NCBI GenBank assembly: GCA_951406725.2
Contig: OX597839.1
Location: 2,790,001-2,854,000, forward strand
DNA from: Octopus vulgaris
Lineage: Eukaryota
Reading direction: 5' to 3'
DNA length: 64,000 nt
Shown here: piece by piece, positions 53,245-64,000 of the stretch
How positions within the stretch are numbered: the first letter of the stretch is position 1
How the letters are laid out: every line of letters starts with the position of its first letter
The notes under the pieces: generated by a model
What the model was told of the DNA's origin: nothing
What the model saw: only the letters and a program-made list of their open reading frames with translations
Database searches by the model: none
Program-made: the position numbers and the translations under genes

Positions 53245-53517
53245 TTCATCACTACCACCACCAGTACTATCACCACCACAACCACAAACACTATCATTAT
53301 CACTACAACCACTACCACCATAACAACCACAACCATCACTGATGATATAACCACCACAAGCATAACGACCACCACCACAAGCATAACGACCACCACCACA
53401 GCCAGCAGTACCATTATAATTACTACCACCACAATCATTACCATCACTACCACTATCATCACCACCATTACTACTGCTGTCGGCATCATCACCACCACCA
53501 CCACCACCACCACCACC
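53245..53517. repeat. Degenerate (ACC/ATC)n trinucleotide tract
   Basis: Source of the poly-T/poly-V ORFs. A similar tract lies at 59265-59482. Confidence 0.9.
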
Positions 53518-53939
53518 TGGTAAATAAATGAAGACTTATTTTCAGGTGTAAAATTAGACTTTAGATTTTTGTGGGACCTTCATGCACCTTACCACTCACA
53601 AAAAGTCTGAGCTGTTGGTACATTGCCAGCGATTATAATTAGCACTGGGATACTCTTCTTCTTCTTCTTCTTCTTCTTCAGAATTCCTTCCAGGAAAAAG
53701 AAAAAAAGACAAATAACACAAAATAAGATATTCATCTAGATATAGTAGAATTGGTGGTTATGGTGCGTGTGTATGTGTGATACATGCATATATGTGGCTG
53801 TGTGTATGTGTATGTATCATCATCATTTAATGTCCACTTTCCATGCTAGCATGGGTTGGACAATTTTGACTTTTTCATAATAGCAATGATATGTGTGTGT
53901 GTGTGTGTATATTCTTACACACACCCCAACCTTGCTCTC

Positions 53940-54395
53940 CCCACTCTCGCCTCCCCCATATCACACCACATCACATCACATCACACCACCACGCACACAC
54001 TAACACTGACCACTTCCCAGCTTCACACCATAATCCACACACCTACACATGCACACACGTCAAGGTGACCAGTCCTCTTCCACATGCTCATACATGCTCT
54101 CTTATACACACGCACATGCACCTTCGTTTTGGATCGCTACTACTTCATTATCTCCCCTTCTTCCTAGGTCTCCTGTGTGACCCCTCTGTCCGGCATTCGC
54201 CATGATAGATCGCTAGCCGCTACACATTCTTTATTTTCTCTTCCTGTTTCTTTCTGTGTTCCTTTCTGTGGAAGAGCGTAGGCTCGAAACGTTAAAGACT
54301 TTTTCACTTCCTGAGCATTAAACTAATACATCTGTTTGTTGTCTGCACCACCTGTCTTCATCTTTTGTTTGTTTTTTGTGAATTCTCTCCTCATA
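53940..54395 (+). mobile_element. Penelope pLTR-like element ending at (TA)n
   Basis: Carries the hammerhead fold at 54262-54297. T-rich 3' part ends ttctctcctc-atatata. The 5' boundary is uncertain. Confidence 0.55.
54262..54297 (+). ncRNA. Minimal type-I hammerhead-like motif (variant core CUGUGGA)
   Basis: CTTT-CTGTGGA-A-GAGC(GTAG)GCTC-GAA-ACGT-T-AAAG. Same architecture as 8903-8937 with a compensatory stem I. Confidence 0.6.
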
Positions 54396-54748
54396 TATAA
54401 AATATATATATAGCCTTCTTACATTTGATTCTATGAGGCAAACCCCATCATCATCATCATCATCATTTTGTGTCTGCTTCTCAATGCGGACCTGTGTGGG
54501 ATTGTTTTTTCTGAGGCAGAACTTTATGGTTGAATGTCCTTCTTAAACACAAGTGCAGGCTGTACTTAGTCTAAAACCAGGATATACTAGGTTTATTTTG
54601 GGGTTTATTGTACTGACAATGACACCAGGGTGCATATCTGACTGTGATGCAGTTGAAATGCATATAGGTCCAGAAAAGAATGCTGTAAATAACTGTTTAA
54701 TAAATTTATAGATGTGGAAAATCTCCTTTCTCTTTAGAATTATTAATT

Positions 54749-54825
<77 letters not shown>

Positions 54826-55059
54826 TTCACATAAAAATATCGTGTACATTGTGAATAATATTTCTATGTGGATAATATATAGTCTATTGACTAATTTTTG
54901 TGTAGGCCACTGTAATAATAATTTCTATAATTCTTATTACCCTAATATTATTTATTATATATATATATATATATATATATACAGAGAGAGGGAGAGAGGG
55001 AGAGAGAGATCATCAGTAAATATGGGTATGTATCTATGTAGTATTTACATACAAAATAT

Positions 55060-55332
<273 letters not shown>

Positions 55333-56205
55333 TCTATAAAATTCCCTACTGGGAATGACCAACTTTAAGAGAATCTTATATTGCTTATAAACTCTATATC
55401 TGGATGGACTCATATTAAACTCTGTTGGACTTTTGGATTTTACTCAAATTTGCATGTGTATATGTGTTAATATAATATGTAATATGTGTATATATGTATA
55501 TTATATTGTATTATATTAACACACACACATTCCCTGTGTGTGTGTGTGTGTGTGTGTAAGACAGTGATATCCCAGCCAGCTGAACATAACCTAGTCAGCT
55601 TTACCTAGGCTCATTCACCCTTGCATTACTACACCTATGGTTTCCCCAACCCCACCCCTTTCACCTACCTACTGCTCTCTTGCAGACGTTGCCTAATACA
55701 CTAACGAACAGCCTTTCCTTTTCCTCTGTCTGCCAGCCTGTCTTTCAGGAAATCTCTCTCTCTGTCTCTCTTTCTTTATCTATCCTCATCTTTGCACCCA
55801 TCCATCCATTCAAACTCAGGCTCAGGAACGTATGTATTACCTCTGCTTAGTGTAATTTCACTATCCCTCTTATCACTATATCTTCTGCTGCTTGTTTTTT
55901 TTAATTTTTTTTTTATTTCTCTCTCAATGTATGCTTGTGAATGTGTGTGTATGTGTGTTATGGTAATGGTGGTGGTGTTATCACTACTTTCTTATTACAG
56001 TTATCACTACTACCATCACATAGTTTACTCATTCCCTTTGTGTGTGTGTGTGTAAATGATATCACTTCTTTTAAATACCATGTTTAAATAAACAAGACTA
56101 CAGAATCCACTTGCACTATTCGTTTACTAAATATATGTATGTATGTATGTATGTATCTATCTATATATGTCTATATATATATTTACATATGTGTATATAT
56201 TTAAA

Positions 56206-56236
<31 letters not shown>

Positions 56237-56344
56237 GTATGTATATATACATATATATGTATATATTTATATATGTATGTATATGTATATATGTATATAT
56301 ACATATATATATGTATGTATATGTATATATGTATATATACATAT

Positions 56345-56375
<31 letters not shown>

Positions 56376-56403
56376 CATGTATGTATATATATATATATAC
56401 ATG

Positions 56404-56481
<78 letters not shown>

Positions 56482-56511
56482 CATTTATGTATATATATAT
56501 ATACATGTATG

Positions 56512-56550
<39 letters not shown>

Positions 56551-56554
<4 letters not shown>

Positions 56555-57205
56555 TCTATAAAATTCCCTACTGGGAATGGCCAACTTATTGCTTATAAAC
56601 TCTATATCTGGATGGACTCATATTAAACTCTGTTGGACTTTTGGATTTTACTCAAAGGACATTTGAATATTACACATATATACCATTATACCTATAAAAC
56701 AGATTTACGAATTCAATACCCATACATATCTTACATCTATTTTCTTTACTTCACCTCACTCTCTATTTGTATCACATCGAAACTAACTATGACTTAATTT
56801 TTCCTCTCACACCGTTTCCAATGAAGGGATATTATTAATTAATATCCTAGAAACAGCTGTAAGACCTATCTATAAATGCTCTAATATCTATACAGCCTTA
56901 GTTTTTTTATCTCATTACGCAAAAAATTCGTATATACACACGCTGACATAGAACCAACGTTGAACCCTTTAGTCGCAATATTACTGAATTCTGGAACTTA
57001 ACTATGGTCTGTCTATAGCACTTATTCAGCATTACCTTTGGGTCTCAATGACACCATTATCTCTTATAACCTCAATATATGAATCGAACAGCTTTTGTGT
57101 GTTTCTTAAATGGCTTACAAACACCTTCCACGCTGCAATTGTTTTCGTTTCAGCACACAATCTCAGATCAAATCACTTGCTATGCAAGTACATCTCCGTA
57201 ATAAA
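56551..57205 (+). mobile_element. Penelope pLTR-like element between (TA)n tracts; first ~105 nt duplicated at 55330-55448
   Basis: Hammerhead fold at 56814-56865. Both ends abut TA repeats. Confidence 0.6.
56814..56865 (+). ncRNA. Degenerate type-I hammerhead motif
   Basis: GTTT-CCAATGA-ag-GGATATTA(ttaat)TAATATCC-ta-GAA-ACAGCTGT-A-AGAC: 8-bp stem II, palindromic stem III, GUA site. Confidence 0.6.
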
Positions 57206-57224
57206 TATATATATATATATATAC

Positions 57225-57420
57225 TTTTGCTGAAATAGTGTAAGGAATAAGAGACTGCTCCAGGCTAACATTAGGCAAGAAGTTGAAAATTGTTTTTGGC
57301 CCATGACACTGCATGGCCCCTAAGTAAGGCATATGTAAAATTTGAATGAAATCGGTTGGATAGTTCTCGAGTTTTAATGATGTTCACATAGACACAGACA
57401 GATTTGCTCAATTTTACACA
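57225..57420 (-). mobile_element. 5' fragment of the Helitron family seen at 46093
   Basis: Reverse complement aaaactcgagaactatccaaccgatttcattcaaattttacatatgccttactta...caacttcttgccta matches 46140-46290. Confidence 0.8.
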
Positions 57421-57550
57421 CACACACTTACACATATGTACATATCTCTCTAGCTGTCTATCTATCTATCTGTCTATCTATCTATCTATCTATCTATCTA
57501 TTTCTCTATGTATCTATCTATCTATCTATCTATCTCTCTATCCACACACA

Positions 57551-57743
57551 CACAAGGGGGTGTTGAAAAGATCCTGGCTTTAAGTGTATCACAAAAGGCC
57601 TGGTTGCAGGCCCAATCTTCTGAGTTCTTTTACAAGGTTTAGAAAAACTGACAGATAACTACAATAAATGTGTGAATCAGGGAGGGGAATAGGTTGAATA
57701 AAATCATAACTGATCCTTCTTTATTTTCTTTTACCCAAAACCA
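57551..57743. mobile_element. Mariner-like MITE, second copy
   Basis: Reverse-complement match to 12433-12657. Confidence 0.7.
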
Positions 57744-58730
57744 TTTTGTGACTGAGATTAACTGAAAACCTGGGGTGTGATATGCACAACAGTAAATACA
57801 GTATATATGTGTGTGTCCACACACACACACACACACACACTCTCTGGACTTCCATGTAATTTCCATATACACCAAATGAATTTACAAGGCATTGGTCAAC
57901 CAAGGGCTATAAGAAAAGACACTTGCTAAAGATGCCATGTTGTAGGACTGAACCCAAAATCTGGTTACAAAGCTCGTTTCTTAACCACCCAGCCACAGCA
58001 GTATTTCCAGTACCTGGCGTTTCATGGCAGAGAACTTTACACAACTCTGATTGCTATGATCTGACCCTTACAAAGCTCCAATGTTGCTTGCCTACATACC
58101 TATTCACTAAGATTTCTGAAACCTGTGTATGTTTCAAAGAGCTTTTGAGTGAGAGTGCAAAGTAAATAGCATGTGTGTGTGTGTGTGTGTCTGTTATTAC
58201 TCCTTTCTCCTCACATACCCCACATCAACTTTGTTTTAACTCACAGCATGCCTGTGAAACAAAAATGAAATGAACAGTCTAGTAATTAAAGTTCATAATA
58301 AATCAAGTGCACCATGAAAATTTTGGATTTCTTCTGAAAATTATTCTTTTTCTTGTCAAATTCCTCTAATTAACACTGATTAAAATTTCCATATAGAAGG
58401 AGAAGTCTAATAACTGTTATTATATTTTTTTAATTTTGTATTATTTTCCTATTTCTCTCTGAAGATCTTGTTTTTTTTGCTATTTATTTATGATTTGTTT
58501 TCTTTTAATTAGCAATTAATTTATTTCTTTGCAAAATAGAATATTGGATCTGATTTAGGTTTTGGGGTTCTTCTTTGGCAAGAGTGTCATTTTAATTAAG
58601 TTAATAAAAAGTATGTTGAAGGCATGAATGTCACAGCATAACTTCCCCCTCTCTCTGTCTGTCTGTCTGTCTTTCTCTCTTTTGTATTAGAAATATCTTC
58701 AGCCATATGCCTGTTCATGAAATTATTTAA

Positions 58731-58965
58731 ACGTAAAAAGCACCAACCGATTGTCACCGTTGCCAGCCTCCCCTGGCACCTGTGTCGGTGGCATGTAAAA
58801 AGCACCCACTACACTCATGGAGTGGTTGGCGTTAGGAGGGCATCCAGCTGTAGAAACACTGCCAGATCAGACTGGAGTCTGGTGCAGCCCCCTGGCTTCC
58901 CAGACCTCCGGTCGAACCGTCCAACCCATGCTAGCATGGAAAACGGATGTTAAACAATGATGATG
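58731..58965 (+). mobile_element. SINE-like family C, followed by an old SINE B (58987-59250)
   Basis: ggagtggttggcgttagga.gggcatccagctgtagaaac...catgctagcatggaaaacgga.gttaaac.atgatgatga. Confidence 0.85.
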
Positions 58966-60425
58966 AGAGTCATAGAAAAACTGTGACGCACAGGCATGGC
59001 TGTGTAAGTAAGAAGTTTGCTTCCCAACCACATGGTTCTGGGTTCAGTCCCACTTTGGGCAAGTGTTTTCTACTATAGCCTCAGGCCAAATAGATTTGGC
59101 AGATGGAAACTGAAAGAAACCTATATAAAAATGTGTGTGTCATTATGTTTGTGTTTCTTCCCCATCGCTGCTTGACAACCATTGTTGTGATTATGTACCT
59201 GTAACTTAGCAGTTTAGCAAAAGAAACTGATAGAATAAATACCAAACTTGCAAAATGTAAGGACGATGATGATTATGATCATCATATTGGTTGTAACAAT
59301 GGTGATAGCAGTGATGATGATGATAATAATAGTCATTGTTTTGATGATGACAATGATGATGGTGGTTGTTGTAATGGTGATGACGATAGTGGTGGTGGTT
59401 GTGATGATGATAATAATGATGGTGGTGGTTGTTATAGTGATGAGACTGATAATGGTTGCCGTTGTGATGATGAAGATGATGTAGCATGAAGGTGTTAAAC
59501 TATGTCTACCTATATACACATATACACACACACACATTCATACACAAACATACAATCACTCATGCATCGTTGCTGTCATGCACACCTTGACACTGTCAAA
59601 CTGTTGCACCGATCATTGCTCCTCCCCCTCTCTCACTCCATCTCTGTCTCTCTTTCTTATTCCCTACACTCATTTTCATTCTCACTCACACGTATGCACC
59701 CACTCACATTCACCCACATATGCACTTCTATGAATTCTGTCTGTTTGTCTGTCTCACATAAATCCACACTCATGTTTGTATGTTTTTATGTGAGTGTTAT
59801 GTGTATGTGAGTGTGTTAACTTTTCCATCATGAACCAAGAAGATAGCAGAAGAAAAATATCTTGTATGGTAGTTAATCGGAATAGTTGGGATTTGAAACA
59901 ACAGCTCTTCACTTTCTGATTTACTGTTGGTGTAAGTAACTGCCAGGCTCCAGATGGCCTTTTACAGATGGCTCAGCACTGATAAAGACATCATGATACT
60001 GTGTTGTTCTGTGTGTGTTTTACTGATTCAGTTGAGGTATACAGTTAACATACAGTTAACTCTTACTAGAAGTTAGAACTCCCTTCCCCTGATAATATCT
60101 CCTGGGTTTGAAAATGCCTAAAACAGATTACCTCTGTGGTTATAAAATATGGCTTTATAGTGCCCTTCCCTCCTTCCATCTCTAGTTTGAAACAGACCTC
60201 CTTACCTTAAATCCTGAGTTCTTTTCTGATTTTAGATCTGTGTAATATCTTAGGGCACATGGCCGTGTGTAGTTAAAATGTTTGCTTTGCAAACTTGTGT
60301 GTAGTTTACCAGATGTGATCATACTGCATGGCAACCTAGGCTAGGGTTTCTTCTTTTTTTTTAACAATGGCATTGAATTGGTATGCATTATGAGTAAAGT
60401 TTGGTAGATGGAAACTGTGAAAGCC

Positions 60426-60460
<35 letters not shown>

Positions 60461-60462
<2 letters not shown>

Positions 60463-60622
60463 CCGGAATAAACACATAAATGTGAAACAAGGTGGAAAAA
60501 AGAGTACTCAAATACCAGTGGTAGAGTAATATGCTTTATTTAAAGCAGCAGAAAATTCAACAAAACCTGTTACTCTGAGTTTCATGTTGCCATTCGTCGG
60601 ACAGTTTTTGCCAGCAATAAAG
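60461..60622 (-). mobile_element. ~160-bp hammerhead-bearing element embedded in (TA)n
   Basis: TA repeats on both sides. Contains the hammerhead at 60562-60608. Confidence 0.65.
60562..60608 (-). ncRNA. Type-I hammerhead ribozyme-like motif
   Basis: Reverse complement AAAACTGT-CCGACGA-ATG(GCAA)CAT-GAA-ACTC(A)GAGT-A-ACAGgTTTT. All three stems form, with a GNRA loop II and a GUA site. Confidence 0.72.
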
Positions 60623-61215
60623 TATATATATACATATACAGTCAGCGGATGAGATCCAGAGATTCTCAGTATAGAAAACACTTAGTAGTGCTCAAATGAT
60701 CCAAACTTAGTCTATGTCTTTATGAGCTGTTATATTTAATTTGCTTATCTACATAATTGTCTCTCTCTGTATATATATTACTTAGGCATTTCAATTCCTA
60801 GACCAAATGGTGTGTTGTGTTCTTGAGCAAAACACTTCATCTCATGTTGCTCTGCAATCACCTTGATACCTGGCACATGGTACACTGCGCACCTGTTCAA
60901 GCAATGTCAATTTGATGTCAATGTCAATCCTCTCTGTGTTTAGCCCCTTGTGGGCAGTAAAGAAATAGATATATAAATTATGCTTTTACAAGAAGTGAGA
61001 CAGTGACTTAAGTTGCTAGCCTTTGTTGATCTGTCTGATGAAAGCTAGCTGACTGACAGAGGCTAGCAGGCTGAAACTACAAAGTCCCTGTCAACTCTCG
61101 TCTTGTAGAAGTATAATAAATAGGTACTCTGCAGAAAAAAAAAGTGTTGAGTAATTCTTCTGTTCATGGAAACAAAACAATGCATGCACTATCTCTCTCT
61201 CTCTCTCTCTCGCGC

Positions 61216-61254
<39 letters not shown>

Positions 61255-61989
61255 CCAGCCAAAGCCTTGTGAGTGGATTTGGTAGACAGAAACTGAAAGA
61301 AGCCTGTTGTGTGTGTATGTGTGTGTTTGTCCCCCTATCATTGCTTGACAACTAATATTGGTGTGTTTTCATCCCCGTAACTTAGTGGTTCAGCAAAAGA
61401 GACCGATAGGATAAGTAATATTTGTATCTATGTCTGTGTGACTGCTGTTTGACTAAAACCCTGCAAAGCAGTGCCCGATCATGGCCACAATCCAATGACT
61501 GTAACAAGTAAAGGATAAATGATAAATAGGAAAAAAAGGGACAAATTTTTTGGTTATGGCAATTGGTGTACCTTTCATTGTATGACTGCTTGATCACTAC
61601 CTTCCTGGGGCTAAACAACAACAACAATGATAGTATGTCTTGGTGAATGCACTGGTCCTTCAAGAGACCAGTGTTGGTATTTCTTCTTAAGGGAGGATGG
61701 TGATGGTGGTGAAAGGATTCTGTGAAACGGACTGTGACATGAAGCATCACTTCTTAACAGACTTTGCAAGGTTATGTCTTACAGGAAATGTTTTAGTATC
61801 TGCAATTGAAAGAAAGGGAAGATTTGCTAAAGACCAATTACCTATTCTTGAAACCTAGCTGCTGCTGCTAACATCACTACTTTTATTACTACTACTACTG
61901 CTACCCTATAAAACAAAAACAGCCGGAAGTTTTCTGCTCCAGACACATACGTGATGGTGCTGTTTGACACACACACACACACACACACA

Positions 61990-62027
<38 letters not shown>

Positions 62028-63065
62028 CACACACAAACACACACACACACAAATATATATATATATATATATATTTGTTTGTTCAGATTCTGGACATAGT
62101 GTGTCTCAATCTTTGTTTCTTTCTGTCTCACACACATTATTTTCTCTTTCTCACATACACACACACACACACACACTCTCTCTCTTGTGAATGTATTCAG
62201 TAAAAGGCCTATTAACTGATTGGCATGAAATCAGTCATAAGAAAACAGACCCTCACCCCCCAACCATCACCACCACCTACATTACAGAAATGCTGTGTTC
62301 CTGGAAATTTTTCTAGAACATGGAATTCTGTAATGTAAAACATATTCCCATGGAATTCCAAATGAATTGCCTTTCATGCAAGACAGCAGTCAATGGGGGG
62401 AAATTAGGTTTCGCATTATGGAATTACTAATACATGGTATGGCAAGACTTTCAGGATGTCATGCTTCCACAATGTAGAAGGTTGGATGCCTCTACATTCA
62501 AACCTTCATCTGACTCCAATTGTGCTTTCTCCTCTCTCTCTGTTTGTCTGTCTGTCTGTCTCTGTCACTTTTACTGCTACTACAATGGCTTCTGTATCCA
62601 TTGTTGCCGTAAAACAATTTTAATACATTTTACCATCTTACCCCTTCCCCACCCACACATTCAGTCCCATCCTCTGTATAACCTCACCTATATTTACCAA
62701 CCCATTATACCTTTAGGGTGTATCTTGACATATCTCCATCACCATCTCTCCTGCTTCTCTCATCCTATTTTTCTCACTAAGTGTCTTTCTGTTTCCAACT
62801 TTATTTTCTATATTTCCAACTTGGGTATCCTTGAATCTCTTCTACAACTTGACACCTATTTCCTCCTGCTATTATTCTTTTTAATCTCTCCTTAATTGCC
62901 ACCGATCCGCCTCCCTCAGTACTTCTCTCCCCCCACTTGAGGATTCTTTATCTTGCCAGTGTCAGTGATCCAACTGGTGTTGGTGCCATAAAAAAGCACC
63001 CAGTATTCTCTGTAAAGTGGTTGGTATTAGGAAGGACATCCAACCATAGAAACCAAACCATCTAT

Positions 63066-63283
63066 ACTCTTTACTCTTTTACTTGTTTCAGTCATTTGAC
63101 TGTGGCCATGCTGGAGCACCACCTTTAATCGAGCAACTTGACCCCGGGACTTATTCTTTGTAAGCCCAGTACTTATTCTATCGGTCTCTTTTGCCGAACT
63201 GCTAAGTGACGGGGACATAAACACACCAGCATCGGTTGTCAAGCCATGTTGGGGGGACAAACACAGACATACAAACATACACG

Positions 63284-63320
<37 letters not shown>
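63066..63320 (-). mobile_element. SINE B 3' half, interrupted at its microsatellite by the family C palindrome
   Basis: B tail motifs followed by (AC)n(AT)n and then the (CAT)n tail of family C. Confidence 0.88.
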
Positions 63321-64000
63321 CATCATCATCGTTTAGCGTCCGTTTTCCATGCTAGCATGGGTTGGACGGTTCTACTGGGGTCTGTGAAGCCAGAAGGCTT
63401 CATCAGGCCCAGTCAAATCTGGCAGTGTTTCTACGGCTGGATGCCCTTCCTAACGCCAACCACTCTGTGAGTGTAGTGGGTGCTTTTTACATGCCACCCG
63501 CACAGGTGCCAGACAGAGCTGGCAAACGGCCACGAACGGATGGTGCTTTTTATGTGCCACCGGCACAAGGGCCAGGCGAGGCTGGCAACGGACACGAAAC
63601 GGGCGGTGCTGGCAACGGTCACGAAACGGAAGGTTCTCTTACATGCCACCGGCACTGGTAACACATCTGCAATTTCCATTTATCGATTTCCATTTGGAAA
63701 TTGCAGATGTGTTACCAGTGCCGGTGGCATGTAAGAGAACCTTCCGTTTCGTGACCGTTGCCAGCACCGCCCCGTTTCGTGTCCGTTGCCAGCCTCGCCT
63801 GGCCCTTGTGCCGGTGGCACATAAAAAGCACCATCCGTTCGTGGCCGTTTGCCAGCTCTGTCTGGCACCTGTGCGGGTGGCACGTAAAAGCACCCACTAC
63901 ACTCACGGAGTGGTTGGCGTTAGGAAGGGCATCCAGCCGTAGAAACACTGCCAGATTTGACTGGGCCTGATGAAGCCTTCTGGCTTCACAGACCCCAGTA
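63321..64000. repeat. Head-to-head inverted dimer of family C (long palindrome, runs off the window)
   Basis: 63373-63678 is the reverse complement of 63695-64000 with 4 visible differences. 16-nt spacer tttatcgatttccatt. Confidence 0.95.

Noticed and set aside
63961-64000. CTGATGA-AGCC(TTCT)GGCT in family C as a hammerhead
   Set aside because: No GAAA after stem II, and most other family C copies read ctggtgcagcc at this position.

Overview
Eukaryotic, AT-rich, microsatellite- and repeat-saturated DNA. The SINE repertoire and microsatellite load look like a coleoid cephalopod (Octopus-like); this is inferred, not proven. The window lies inside a + strand dishevelled (Dvl/dsh) gene. Two small coding exons (23676-23788, 52866-52948) join in frame across a ~29 kb intron, which also holds a strong candidate 45-nt cassette exon (38951-38995). 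The rest is intron filled with at least five SINE-like families (labelled A-E here), Penelope-like (GIY-YIG) fragments, Dong/R4-like and CR1-like LINE fragments, non-autonomous Helitrons, hAT, mariner and piggyBac-like MITEs, and minisatellites. Most notable: (i) several unrelated short elements next to (TA)n that each carry a minimal type-I hammerhead-ribozyme fold, three of them with a CCGANGA-type core; (ii) the candidate Dvl microexon; (iii) a >300-bp-arm head-to-head palindrome at the window end; (iv) an intronic pre-miRNA-like hairpin. Nearly all ORFs in the supplied track are microsatellite or repeat artefacts. All coordinates were counted by eye, and repeat boundaries are approximate.
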